A stretch of DNA of 64,000 nucleotides from Phycisphaerales bacterium. GTDB lineage: Bacteria > Planctomycetota > Phycisphaerae > UBA1845. Under the pieces are notes generated by a model. It did not search any database. It was not told the origin of the DNA and saw nothing but the letters and a program-made list of their open reading frames with translations. The stretch is from NCBI GenBank assembly GCA_013140575.1, contig JABFSN010000074.1, forward strand, positions 4,431 through 68,430, in the 5' to 3' direction. Numbering within the stretch: position 1 is the first letter of the stretch; the number at the start of each line of letters is the position of its first letter. This document shows positions 27,640-37,626 of the stretch, in pieces. The position numbers were made by a program, and so were the translations under genes.

Positions 27640-28290
27640 GTGACGAGACGAATCGGACCGCGAATGTCCGCGGCCGTTGCGGCGGTGGTGTTCGCCGGCA
27701 GCGGGGCGCGCGGCGACGGTCTGGCGAATCTGGAGTTCTCGCCGGCGGCGTCAACCGTCGGGGTGAACGACATCTTTTCGATCGATCTGATCGCGCGCAC
27801 CGTGGGCGAGAAAGAAGTTCCCATGTCGGGGATGACCGTCGTCCTCGATTGGGATCCGAGTTTTTTGCAGTTGGTGGGACTGGTCAACCGACCGGCGAGC
27901 GGTTTGAACTCGAGTTTTCCGGGTTTGCTTCAGGGCGATTTCGACCATTTGAATCAGACGTTTTTGGATGGCGATGCGCTGTATCAGGGCATCGCGCAGC
28001 TCCCGCCGCCGCCGATACCGATCGCGGTGGCGAGTCCGGACGGGCTGCTGGTGACGACGTATCGGTTTCGCGCGCTGGCGATGACGGAGTCGACCGAGAT
28101 CACCATGCCCGCGATGCGGGGCATGTTCACCGAAACGGCAATCATCTCCGGAGTCATTCCGGGGTTGGATGTGCTGGGAACGTCCGGCACGGCGAGTATT
28201 CATGTCGTGCCGGAACCCGCGTCGGCGATGCTGGTGGGAGTCGGGCTGATTGCTGCCGGCCTACGCCGCCGCCGCGCGCCACGCGGTTGA
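27640..28290 (+). CDS. Cohesin-domain protein with PEP-CTERM anchor
   Basis: Signal peptide; FSPAASTVGVNDIFSIDL...VLDWDPSFLQLVG...LLVTTYRFRAL; VPEPASAMLVGVGLIAAGLRRRR; GTG start after GAGG-rich SD. Confidence 0.8.
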   Translation: MTRRIGPRMSAAVAAVVFAGSGARGDGLANLEFSPAASTVGVNDIFSIDLIARTVGEKEVPMSGMTVVLDWDPSFLQLVGLVNRPASGLNSSFPGLLQGDFDHLNQTFLDGDALYQGIAQLPPPPIPIAVASPDGLLVTTYRFRALAMTESTEITMPAMRGMFTETAIISGVIPGLDVLGTSGTASIHVVPEPASAMLVGVGLIAAGLRRRRAPRG

Positions 28291-28489
28291 GATCATACAG
28301 TTGTCGGGTTCGCCGTGGCCGCGCGGCGTGAACCGCGTTTGCACGAGATCGCTGTTTTGGGTAGCCCGATGGGACAATTCCTGGCTGCCCGTCGAACATG
28401 ATTGGAAAAAAGCGACCGCTGGGGGAGACGATGGTTGCCACGATGACCGGCAGCCGGAACTTGCAGGCGATCGAGAACGGAGTGGAAAC

Positions 28490-30034
28490 ATGTTGAATCG
28501 ACTATGGGGGTCGCCGTGGGTGATCGCGGCCCTGTTTCTGGGAGCGGCGTCAATGCCTGGCGCGGCGCAGGCGGATTGCGACACGAACGCGGATTGCCCG
28601 TTCGGCAACGTCTGCGACCCGAACGTGGGACCTGCGGGGACGTGCTTTCGCGGAGTGGACTTGTCGTTTTCGCCGGCATCGACCACGAAACTGGAGGGCA
28701 CCCAGTTCCAGGTCAATCTGATCGCCAAGGTTGCGACGGGCGCGACGCCGATCGACCTGACCGGCCTGACCGTAATCCTGGATTGGGATCCCACGGTGTT
28801 GCAACTGGTGGGTCTGACCCGGGCCAACGAGGGTTTCCCGTGGTTCCTCTCCGAGTTCAGCACGAGCAAGGACATCGACGGCATGAACGATTCGTTCCTG
28901 GACGGCGATGCCTACTACACGGCGCAGGGCCCGTTCCTGCCGCCGCGCCCGCAGGCGACGTTGGCGGGTCTGGTGGTCACCACCTTCATTTTCAATGTGG
29001 TCGGCGATTCCGAGGGCGGTCCGCCCACGCAGGTGGCCATGCCGCTGGACCTGGGCGGGTTCAACGACACGAAGGTGATTCTTTTCGACGACATTATCGC
29101 GGGCGTGGACATTCTGCGTAATCACACATCGTTGTCGGTGACGGCGCAGGCCGACTGCAATAACAACGGGGTGCGGGACCTGACCGACATCGCCAACCAG
29201 TCGTCGAAAGACTGCAATCTGAACACGATTCCGGACAAGTGCGAAATCGATATGACCACGATGCCGCAACCTCCGGGCGGGCCCTTCTTCTGCAACCCGG
29301 CCACCGACGCGTGCGACCCGGATTGCGACGGCGACGGCCGGATTGACCGGTGCCAGATCAACCAGAACAGCCCGGCGCCCGGCGGTCCGTGGTATTGCAA
29401 CCCGTCGGCGTCGTTGTGCGACGCGGACTGCAACGTCAACGGCATCGTGGATGCATGCGAATCGGACTGCGATTGCAACCTGATCGACGACGCCTGCGAT
29501 TTGAGTTGCGGAATGTCGGGCGGCCCGTGCGATGTGCCGGGTTGCGGCACGGGTGTGGACCGGCAGAATTGCGGCTTCGTGGGGCGACTGGACGATTGCG
29601 AAGTCGACTGCCACCAATCGGGTCAACCGGGATTCGGCACGCCCGACGCGTGCGATATTTTCGACGGCATCGTGCTGGACGTGAACCCGACCAATGGAAT
29701 CCCCGACGAATGCGAGTTCCTGTCCTGCTCGTCGCACGATGATTGCGACGATGAAAACGTGTGCACGCACGATGCCTGCAACATCGGGAATGGGACCTGT
29801 CAGGAGAACCTGCAGCGCAAATACGGCGACGTCAATTTCGATCAGACGATCGATATTTTCGACATCTTGTGCGTGCTGGACGGCTTCGCCGGGGTCTACA
29901 TCGTGTGCAGCCGCAGCAACGTGGACCTCGCACCGTGTCCGCAAGACCAGGTCATCGACGTTTTCGACATTCTGGGGGTGCTGGATGCATTCGCGGGGCT
30001 GAACGCGTGCAGCTGTACGCTCGGGCCGCCGTAG
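28490..30034 (+). CDS. Secreted cohesin + Cys-rich DCNxNG repeats + dockerin-like protein
   Basis: Signal ending AQA; cohesin paralogous to 27640 (ILDWDPTVLQLVG, FLDGDA, GLVVTTF); DCNNNG/DCNVNG repeats; GDVNFDQTIDIFDIL...DQVIDVFDIL. Confidence 0.78.
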   Translation: MLNRLWGSPWVIAALFLGAASMPGAAQADCDTNADCPFGNVCDPNVGPAGTCFRGVDLSFSPASTTKLEGTQFQVNLIAKVATGATPIDLTGLTVILDWDPTVLQLVGLTRANEGFPWFLSEFSTSKDIDGMNDSFLDGDAYYTAQGPFLPPRPQATLAGLVVTTFIFNVVGDSEGGPPTQVAMPLDLGGFNDTKVILFDDIIAGVDILRNHTSLSVTAQADCNNNGVRDLTDIANQSSKDCNLNTIPDKCEIDMTTMPQPPGGPFFCNPATDACDPDCDGDGRIDRCQINQNSPAPGGPWYCNPSASLCDADCNVNGIVDACESDCDCNLIDDACDLSCGMSGGPCDVPGCGTGVDRQNCGFVGRLDDCEVDCHQSGQPGFGTPDACDIFDGIVLDVNPTNGIPDECEFLSCSSHDDCDDENVCTHDACNIGNGTCQENLQRKYGDVNFDQTIDIFDILCVLDGFAGVYIVCSRSNVDLAPCPQDQVIDVFDILGVLDAFAGLNACSCTLGPP

Positions 30035-30202
30035 CGGAGTGGCACGCCTGAATTCCGGTTTCGGACTACACGGACAACGGTACGCCGTTGTCCGTGTCGT
30101 GGGGGGCCGATGGACGGGGCGCCGTGTCTGCCGGCGGGTTGAAGACACCGGCTTGCCAACGCGCCGGCCGGCGCCAGTCTTGCGATGCAACGGGTGGGAG
30201 TT

Positions 30203-32854
30203 ATGAAGCACGCTTTCGGCGACGGGTGTGTCATTGGCGGTCGACGGGGTGCTTCCCGATGCGCTCAACGGGTCGGCGCGAGGTCCGGACGCCGGCATCG
30301 TCCCACATGCCGTGGTTCGTTCACGAGCTCGGTCGTCGTGGTTGCTGTCGCCCTGGTTCAACCGCCGTGTCCGACGGATGCCCAATCGCCGCGCACCGCG
30401 TTCGATTCGAATGGCGCAGACGCGTTTGTCATTTCCGGCGGCCGTGTCGAGATTCAACTGGATCAGCAATCCCTGCGGGACGCGGGATTGACCGCACCGG
30501 CGCCGGCTGATGACGGTCGTGTTTTTGACATTGCCGAAGGCGATGCTTCGCTTGTATTGCGTGCGGTGGACGGCGACTGGCGCGGTGCGGAGGGCGGCGG
30601 CGTGACGCTGACCGGCGGGGCGCTGGAATTCCTCGTCCCGGCGGGTCGGCGCATGGTCGGGCGAGATTTTCGCCTCGAAAGCGATCGTTCCGGCGCGCGT
30701 GCCGGGGAGTTCGTCCTTGCGGCGCGCGGCGAGGGCGGAACGGTTTGGTTCGAGCTGTCCGCCGAGCGCCCTGAATTGGGGCCTGACGTCCGCGAATTCA
30801 CCATGCAGGCCGATTTGCGGCTGGCGTCGGAATTGGCCCATCGGTTGCGCGTGGGCCATGCGGCCGGCGCGCGAATCGGCTGCATCGTCCTGCACGCGCG
30901 ACTGGATCGAATCGGGCCGGCGGCGTTGGAGGTTGATCCGTTATTCGTCGCCGTTGAGACGGACATGACCGGGTCGGCGTCGGACGATTCGGAACCGGCG
31001 GGGCAGTTGCCCGGACCGGACGTGGTGACCGCATCGGTGGGCGCTCCGATCCAGTCCGGCCGGGAGGGCGTGCTCGGATCCGGGACGGTGGGAATGGCGT
31101 TGAGCACGGCGTCGTGCAACATGGGGCTGGTGGCGGTCAACTGGAACCGACTGCCGAGCACGGATCACCCGCTGATCGTCCAGAACCTGTACCGCATGCG
31201 TACCGAGGACGGCAGTGGCCGATTCGAGCAGATCGGTCAGGCCTGGCTGAAACACAGCTTTTCGACCATTGAAAGTGCGTTCTGCGGGACCACGTGTTTC
31301 TCGCTTCCGGGGGATCAGCAACTGGGTGTGGGCTGTTACGATCCCTACGGAGCGAGCACGAACGCCCTCGTGTGCGGTCTCGGCCCGCGATCGGGGGTCA
31401 ATCCGTTCACAGGCGCATTTCCCGGCGGGTCCAACATCGGAAGCGGGATCTGCTCGACGAATTATCCGGCGCGGAATCACCTGGGGCACACGCACACGGC
31501 GATCAGCCACAAGCTGCAGGTCCGGGATGCGGATTTGATGCCGCCGTTGAGCGACGGAGCCCGGTATTTCAGCGAAGCGCAGTACATCGTTCCGCACGAG
31601 TACCGGGAGCGTGCGGCCAGCGGGTCGGCCAACCTGTTCAACAACGTTTCGTACACCGAGGCCGAGAACCAGGGACCGGGCGGCGTGACGGGGGACGTTT
31701 TTTCGTTCGCGCTGCTGAGTGGAACCCACCTGGAGGAGCCGGCAATCAACGCATGGGCCGGGGCGACGCAGACGGTCGTCGAACCGGCGGCGGGGGAGGA
31801 CGGCCGGGCGATTCTGGCGTGCGCGGTCACCGAAATTGGTGCTAATATGTGGCACTACGAATACGGCGTGTACAACATGAATCTGGACCGTGCGATTGGA
31901 GCGTTCCGGATTCCGATTCCGCCCGCGGTGACGGTGTCCAACGTCGGGTTTCACGCGCCGCGCAACCATGACGCGGAGCCCAACGCCGAGACCTGGTCGA
32001 ACGACCCGTGGGACGCGACGGTCGAAAACGGCTGGATCGAATGGACAACGGACGTTTTCGCCACCAACCCGTTGGCGAACGCGGTGCGTTTCGGAACCCT
32101 GTACAGTTTTCGATTCGATGCGAACGCGCCGCCGATCGACGTGCAGGCGGAAATCGACACGTTCAAGATCGCATCGGCCGTGCCCATCGCGGTGCGGGGC
32201 CCGGCGCCGGTGCTGCCGCCGCACATCGTCCACGGTGAATCGGGCGCGGTCTTCGCGGCGCACGCGTTCGGCGGATTCGTGGATGCGCGCTCGGAAAGCA
32301 GCGACGGAGTGTCCGTCGATCGGGGCATTGACGGCGTGACGCTGCATTTCGATCAGCCGGTCCGGGCGATCGGCGGCGGAGTACCGTCCCCGGCGGCTTT
32401 TGAGGTCCGGGAAACAGGCGGCGGCGACCCGCCGATCGTCAATGACGTCACGCCCGCGGGGCCGTCGTCGGTTCATCTCGCGTTCAGCGGTCCGATCACG
32501 CTCGCGGAATGGACGACGATCGAGGCCCGCGTCGAGGGTTTGGGCGGCGTTCCGATCGTCAGCGCCGGCGATCAGGGGCCGGGTGCAGCGGAGACGGATC
32601 GCATCGACATAGGGTTCCTGCCGGGGGACGTGGACGGCAACGGCCGGGTGCAACCGGTCGATTTCATTCGTTATCGCCAATATGCGGCCGGTACGGTCGC
32701 TCCGTCGATGGGGATGCCTTCGGACTACCTCGACATGAACCGCGACGGCGTTTTTCAACCGGTCGACCTGATCGCTTTCCGGCAGACGTTGGCGGGAACC
32801 GGCACCGCGACGCGGGTATGGTTGGGAGCAACGATTGCGCACCCGCAACCGTAG
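30203..32854 (+). CDS. Large secreted protein with C-terminal Ig-like and dockerin-like modules
   Basis: Central Cys/His-containing domain (HPLIVQNLYR, FEQIGQAWLKH, GCYDPY, LGPRS); PGDVDGNGRVQPVD...DMNRDGVFQPVD; start uncertain (30185 or 30203). Confidence 0.7.
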   Translation: MKHAFGDGCVIGGRRGASRCAQRVGARSGRRHRPTCRGSFTSSVVVVAVALVQPPCPTDAQSPRTAFDSNGADAFVISGGRVEIQLDQQSLRDAGLTAPAPADDGRVFDIAEGDASLVLRAVDGDWRGAEGGGVTLTGGALEFLVPAGRRMVGRDFRLESDRSGARAGEFVLAARGEGGTVWFELSAERPELGPDVREFTMQADLRLASELAHRLRVGHAAGARIGCIVLHARLDRIGPAALEVDPLFVAVETDMTGSASDDSEPAGQLPGPDVVTASVGAPIQSGREGVLGSGTVGMALSTASCNMGLVAVNWNRLPSTDHPLIVQNLYRMRTEDGSGRFEQIGQAWLKHSFSTIESAFCGTTCFSLPGDQQLGVGCYDPYGASTNALVCGLGPRSGVNPFTGAFPGGSNIGSGICSTNYPARNHLGHTHTAISHKLQVRDADLMPPLSDGARYFSEAQYIVPHEYRERAASGSANLFNNVSYTEAENQGPGGVTGDVFSFALLSGTHLEEPAINAWAGATQTVVEPAAGEDGRAILACAVTEIGANMWHYEYGVYNMNLDRAIGAFRIPIPPAVTVSNVGFHAPRNHDAEPNAETWSNDPWDATVENGWIEWTTDVFATNPLANAVRFGTLYSFRFDANAPPIDVQAEIDTFKIASAVPIAVRGPAPVLPPHIVHGESGAVFAAHAFGGFVDARSESSDGVSVDRGIDGVTLHFDQPVRAIGGGVPSPAAFEVRETGGGDPPIVNDVTPAGPSSVHLAFSGPITLAEWTTIEARVEGLGGVPIVSAGDQGPGAAETDRIDIGFLPGDVDGNGRVQPVDFIRYRQYAAGTVAPSMGMPSDYLDMNRDGVFQPVDLIAFRQTLAGTGTATRVWLGATIAHPQP

Positions 32855-33394
32855 AAATCGACCGCCCAGGTTCAGCCGCTGCGACACGCCGGTCTGCGCG
32901 TCGCGCATATCGAGTTGATTTCAGAATAACTTCAATAACAAGCATTTGTTCCCGTCGCGGTTAGCGATTCCAGCCACGATTACGCCCGTGGAAACGACGC
33001 TGCGACAAATCCGCGGGGATGGAGGAGAATCGAGAATGCGGTGTCGTCCAACGGGCGAACCGCGCGGAATGGGGGCGTGAACTTGCACGATCCACCGATG
33101 TCGTCCCCCGGGTCACAGCGATTTCGCGGTTCGAATCGTGTGTTGCATGCGTTAGGTAGGGGCTTGAATGGGCATGGAAAAAAGGGGGGTGAAATCGCGG
33201 GGGCAATCGGTTATTATGGGTCTGTTGGAGTGCGCTGGACCCATCAGGGACGGGGGGCGTCCGGCGCTGGGGTTCCCGGTGAAAAAGGCCGGGGGCGGCA
33301 TGTCGACTCGTCGGCGGTGATGGCGTGCGGCGGTTCTGGTGTTTGCCGAGGCGCGGTCGCGGGGAAAAGTGTTTCCAAAGGAAGGAACAAGCAC

Positions 33395-36300
33395 ATGGTG
33401 CGGGTTATTGGCGGTGGGTCGTGCGTGTTGATGTTGCTGTGTCAGGTGGCGGCCGGTCAGCCGAAGATGTCGCTGAAACCGGTTGGGGGCGTGGGGAATA
33501 ACATCACGGTGGCGGCGGGATCGACGGTGGTTCTGGAGGTGTTCATTTCGGATGTGGCACCGACGGGATTGCGTGGATATCAGTCCACGTTGCCGTTTTC
33601 GGCGACGGGTGGGGTCAGCGGGACGATGATGCACAATGGAGTGGTGCCGGTCGTCAACACGGGGCGGGCGGATTATGTCTTCGCTGGGGTGACTTCGTTT
33701 CCGACCGCGGCGATCGGACCGCCGCCGCGGCTGGCGGCGGGCGTGTTCGCGGGCGACGTGCAACAAGTGAGCGCGGCGGAATACGCGGGCGAATTCACTT
33801 ATCTGGTGTCGAACGACGCGGTCGGCGATTTCACGCTGGCGTTTCAGGTCTTACCGCCACCGGCGCCGACATCGGCCCTGGCGAATCCCGCCAACCAGGC
33901 GATCGCAGGGGTGTTGTTCATTCCGGCGGTCATTCATGTGCCGTGCCTCAACAACGGCCAATGCAACAACGGCTTGTTCTGCGACGGACCGGAGACGTGC
34001 GTGCTGGGCAATTGCGTTCCGGGCACGCCGCCGTGCGTTGTGCCGACGCCGTTTTGCAACGAGGTCGCGGACGAGTGCGTGCAGTGCAATACCAGTGCAG
34101 AGTGCGAGGACGGGAATGCGTGCACCCAGGACGTGTGCACGTTGGGGACGTGTTCCTTCCCGCCGGAGGGGGCGGGCACGTCGTGCGGGAATTCGTTGGA
34201 CGATGGTTGCACCAACCCCGACACGTGCGACGGCGCGGGCGCCTGTTCGCCCAATCACGAGCCGAACGGAACCGGTTGCGACGACGGGCTGTTTTGCAAC
34301 ACCGGAGAGACGTGCACGGTGGGCGTTTGCGGCGGCGGGTCGGCGAACTCGTGCAACGACAGCCGGGCGTGCACGCTGGACTCGTGCGACGAGAATGGCG
34401 ACGCCTGCCTGCACAACGTGATTGCCGGCACGTGTTACATCGACGACGTCTGTTATCTGAACGGCGAGACGAATCCGACGAACGAGTGTCAATCCTGCAA
34501 TTCGGCCATGTCCGCGATCGACTGGACGAACGATCCCAATGGGGCGGCGTGCGCGACCGACGGATTGACGTGCACGTCGGACCAATGCCAGGCGGGCGTT
34601 TGCGATCACGCGCTGCAGGGCGGCACGTGCCTGATCGGCGGCGTGTGTTTCAACGCCGGGAATCTCAACCCGGGCAACGACTGCGAGAACTGCGACCCGG
34701 GATCGGCCACGACCGACTGGTCGTTCGTCGCGGACGGGACGGGCTGCGCGGAGGACGGGAACACCTGTACGGCGGATGAATGCCTGGCCGGTGCTTGCGA
34801 CCACGCCAACCATCCGATCGGCACGCTGTGCGACGACGGCGACCCGTGCACGGGCACGGGCGGACCGGGGGTGGACGATGACATGTGCGACGGACTGGGC
34901 ACGTGCGTAGGGGACCTGGACACGAACTGCGCGGACGATTGCGCGAACTCGATCGAGGCGTTCGAGGGGGCGAATTTCGGATCGAATGTGGGGTTTGGAC
35001 CGGACGATACCGAGGCGAGTTGCCAGCCGAATTCCAATCACGACGCCTGGTTCGAGTTTACGGCGCTTTGCGACGGCACCATGCAAATGACCACCACGGG
35101 CAGCACGTTCACGCCGTCGAACGACACGGTGTTGTCTGTTTTCGACGAATGCGACGGGACGGAAATCGCCTGCGATGACGACAGCGGCGAGCAACTTCTG
35201 TCGGCGTTGGTCGTGTTCAACGCGGTGGCGGGCCACACCTATTTCATCCGCGTGGCCGGTTTCGATCAGAACGTCGGCGGCATCCAGCTGAACATCCGCC
35301 GGCTGGACACCTGCCGGGTCGACGATGTGTGCTACGACGCCGGGGTCACCAACCCGGGCAACACGTGCGAGGAGTGTCAGCCGGTGTTTTCGACGACGGC
35401 TTGGACGCCGGCCATGCTGGGCAAGCCCTGCGGCGATCCCGGCGTGGGCGAGTGCGACAGTGCCGACGCGTGCGACGGCGCGGGTTTCTGCGAAGACAAC
35501 CACAAACCGGACGGGATCGCCTGTCTGGCGGACGCGAACGAATGCACGGACGACATTTGCCTTGCCGGATTGTGCGAGCACCCGTTCGAGGCGTCGGGGT
35601 TCGCCTGCGGTGATCCATTCGACAGCGAGTGCGACAACCCGGACACGTGCGACGGCGCCGGCGTCTGCGTGGACAATTTGGAGTTGCCCGGTTTCACGTG
35701 CGGCGATCCGTTGGACAGCGATTGCGACAATCCGGACACGTGCGACGGCGTGGGCGTGTGCGAGGACCATTTGGAGCCGGACGGGTTGGCATGCACCAGC
35801 GACTTCAATGATTGCACAAACGACTTCTGCGACGCCGGCTTCTGCACGCACCCGAATTCCGACGAGGGCACGTCCTGCGGCGATCCTACGGACACGGACT
35901 GCGACAATCCGGACACCTGCAACGGATTGGGCACGTGTCTGGATCATCTGGAGCTGGACGGAACGGTGTGCAGCGACCAGAACGTATGCACGGGGCCCGA
36001 TTTGTGCGCGACGGGTATTTGCATCGCGCCGTTCATCCCCGAGACGCCGCTGCTGCAGCCGTCCGGCGCCCGGGCCATGATCGTGACCGCCCAGCCGGGT
36101 GGTTCGCCGATCGGGCAAGCGCTGCGGGTGACCTCGCCCGAGCTTCCGTGCCTGTTGAAGTACGTCGATGTCGACGGGACGTTGGTGGATAGCCCGGTGG
36201 AGCAGTCGGCCGCCGCATGGGGGACGATTGTGGTGCGGGACACGGAGGTGGTTCCGGAGACCAAGTATGAGGTGGCCGCGGTGTGCGGCGGTGACGAATC

Positions 36301-37156
36301 GCCGGCGGCGTCGGTGGAAACGGGCAAGTGGGGGGATGTCAACAATGACACGTTTGTTGATATCTTCGACATTTTGTGCGTGCTTGACGGATTCGCCGGC
36401 GTGTTCACGAACTGCCCGTTTGAGACCGTCGACATGTCCCCGTGCGTTCCCGACGGCGTCATCGACATTTTCGACATCCTCATGATTTTGAGCGCGTTCC
36501 AGGGCGATGGATTCCCGTGCATCGGACCGTGCGGCGGCGGTGCGTGTTGCCACGGGGCGGTTTGCACCGTCGTGGCCAGCGGCGCGCTGTGCACCGGGGG
36601 TGGGGTGTACCAGGGTAATGGGATCAGTTGCGAAGCGTCGCCTTGCGGTTCGCCGTCACCGGCCGGTGCGGCCGGAGTGGTGATGGTTCGCCTTGTTCCG
36701 TCCCGGGAGGTAGTGCAGGGCGGGGAGATGGTGACGGTCGACGTCTACGCCGACGGTCTGAACGGATTGATCGGGTACCAACTCGCCGTGGAAGTCGTCG
36801 GGGGGCGCCGCGGGCGGCTGGAGCCCAAGTCGGTGGTCGTGGACGGCGAACGGGATCGATTCGCGTTCTCCGGACTTCAGAGTTTCCAAGCCGGCGACTT
36901 GGCGGGTCAGCGTCTGGCGGTCGCGGTGACCCCGGGCACGCCGACGCGAGCATCGGGCGGGTATCTGGGGACTTTTTCGTACCGTGCATCGGCCGACGCA
37001 CAGGGCGTGTTTATCGTCCGGCTGCGTCCGGCGGGCGGGGTTATGATGCTCGATTCCGCCGGCTTGGATCGTGGTTTCGTGGCTGATTCGGCGCAAATCA
37101 CGATTCGCGCCGAGAGGTCCGGTCAACGGAGCGGCTCGTTGAGCGGTCGGCGGTAG
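33395..37156 (+). CDS. Secreted cohesin-like / Cys-rich repeat / dockerin / cohesin-like protein
   Basis: SD aaggaagg; N- and C-terminal cohesin-like beta domains (GYQ...Y.G.F.Y..S.DA.G.F); CDNPDTCDG repeats; PPC-like ACDDDSG...YFIRVAG; GDVNNDTFVDIFDILCVLDGFAG. Confidence 0.75.
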   Translation: MVRVIGGGSCVLMLLCQVAAGQPKMSLKPVGGVGNNITVAAGSTVVLEVFISDVAPTGLRGYQSTLPFSATGGVSGTMMHNGVVPVVNTGRADYVFAGVTSFPTAAIGPPPRLAAGVFAGDVQQVSAAEYAGEFTYLVSNDAVGDFTLAFQVLPPPAPTSALANPANQAIAGVLFIPAVIHVPCLNNGQCNNGLFCDGPETCVLGNCVPGTPPCVVPTPFCNEVADECVQCNTSAECEDGNACTQDVCTLGTCSFPPEGAGTSCGNSLDDGCTNPDTCDGAGACSPNHEPNGTGCDDGLFCNTGETCTVGVCGGGSANSCNDSRACTLDSCDENGDACLHNVIAGTCYIDDVCYLNGETNPTNECQSCNSAMSAIDWTNDPNGAACATDGLTCTSDQCQAGVCDHALQGGTCLIGGVCFNAGNLNPGNDCENCDPGSATTDWSFVADGTGCAEDGNTCTADECLAGACDHANHPIGTLCDDGDPCTGTGGPGVDDDMCDGLGTCVGDLDTNCADDCANSIEAFEGANFGSNVGFGPDDTEASCQPNSNHDAWFEFTALCDGTMQMTTTGSTFTPSNDTVLSVFDECDGTEIACDDDSGEQLLSALVVFNAVAGHTYFIRVAGFDQNVGGIQLNIRRLDTCRVDDVCYDAGVTNPGNTCEECQPVFSTTAWTPAMLGKPCGDPGVGECDSADACDGAGFCEDNHKPDGIACLADANECTDDICLAGLCEHPFEASGFACGDPFDSECDNPDTCDGAGVCVDNLELPGFTCGDPLDSDCDNPDTCDGVGVCEDHLEPDGLACTSDFNDCTNDFCDAGFCTHPNSDEGTSCGDPTDTDCDNPDTCNGLGTCLDHLELDGTVCSDQNVCTGPDLCATGICIAPFIPETPLLQPSGARAMIVTAQPGGSPIGQALRVTSPELPCLLKYVDVDGTLVDSPVEQSAAAWGTIVVRDTEVVPETKYEVAAVCGGDESPAASVETGKWGDVNNDTFVDIFDILCVLDGFAGVFTNCPFETVDMSPCVPDGVIDIFDILMILSAFQGDGFPCIGPCGGGACCHGAVCTVVASGALCTGGGVYQGNGISCEASPCGSPSPAGAAGVVMVRLVPSREVVQGGEMVTVDVYADGLNGLIGYQLAVEVVGGRRGRLEPKSVVVDGERDRFAFSGLQSFQAGDLAGQRLAVAVTPGTPTRASGGYLGTFSYRASADAQGVFIVRLRPAGGVMMLDSAGLDRGFVADSAQITIRAERSGQRSGSLSGRR

Positions 37157-37626
37157 TCGATCCGTCCGGCGCGAATACATTGGGTTTTGTGCCTCCGCCG
37201 CGGGCGTAAGTGCCCGTGGCGGGGGCACTTAGCGTTGTTTCGGTGCGGTGCAAGGGGCGGTTGCGAAGGCGAGGCGTAGCGGCGACCGGTGCTTGGCTGC
37301 GCGCATTTCCGTGGTCGACCGCGGTGGAAACCCCCACTCCGGTGGAGGTCAATAAACGTCCGTTTTGTTATTGCATTTGGGTGGGCGGTTCGTTAATCTG
37401 GAGGCGAACGGAGGGGGTTTGGGACGCGGAAACGTGAGGCGGGGCTCGAGGGCGGGCCGTCTCGGCGGTTCCGTCGTTCGAAATCCACTCCATGGTTGCA
37501 GCGGCCCGGCGGTTGTGGAGCTGGTCCGCGAATCCTCCGTTGGTGCAGCGACACGTTTCGCGGCCTACTCCCGGCGCAGGGCGGCGAAACTCGGTGTCGA
37601 CCGGACACGGAAGTGTGAGGGGACCG

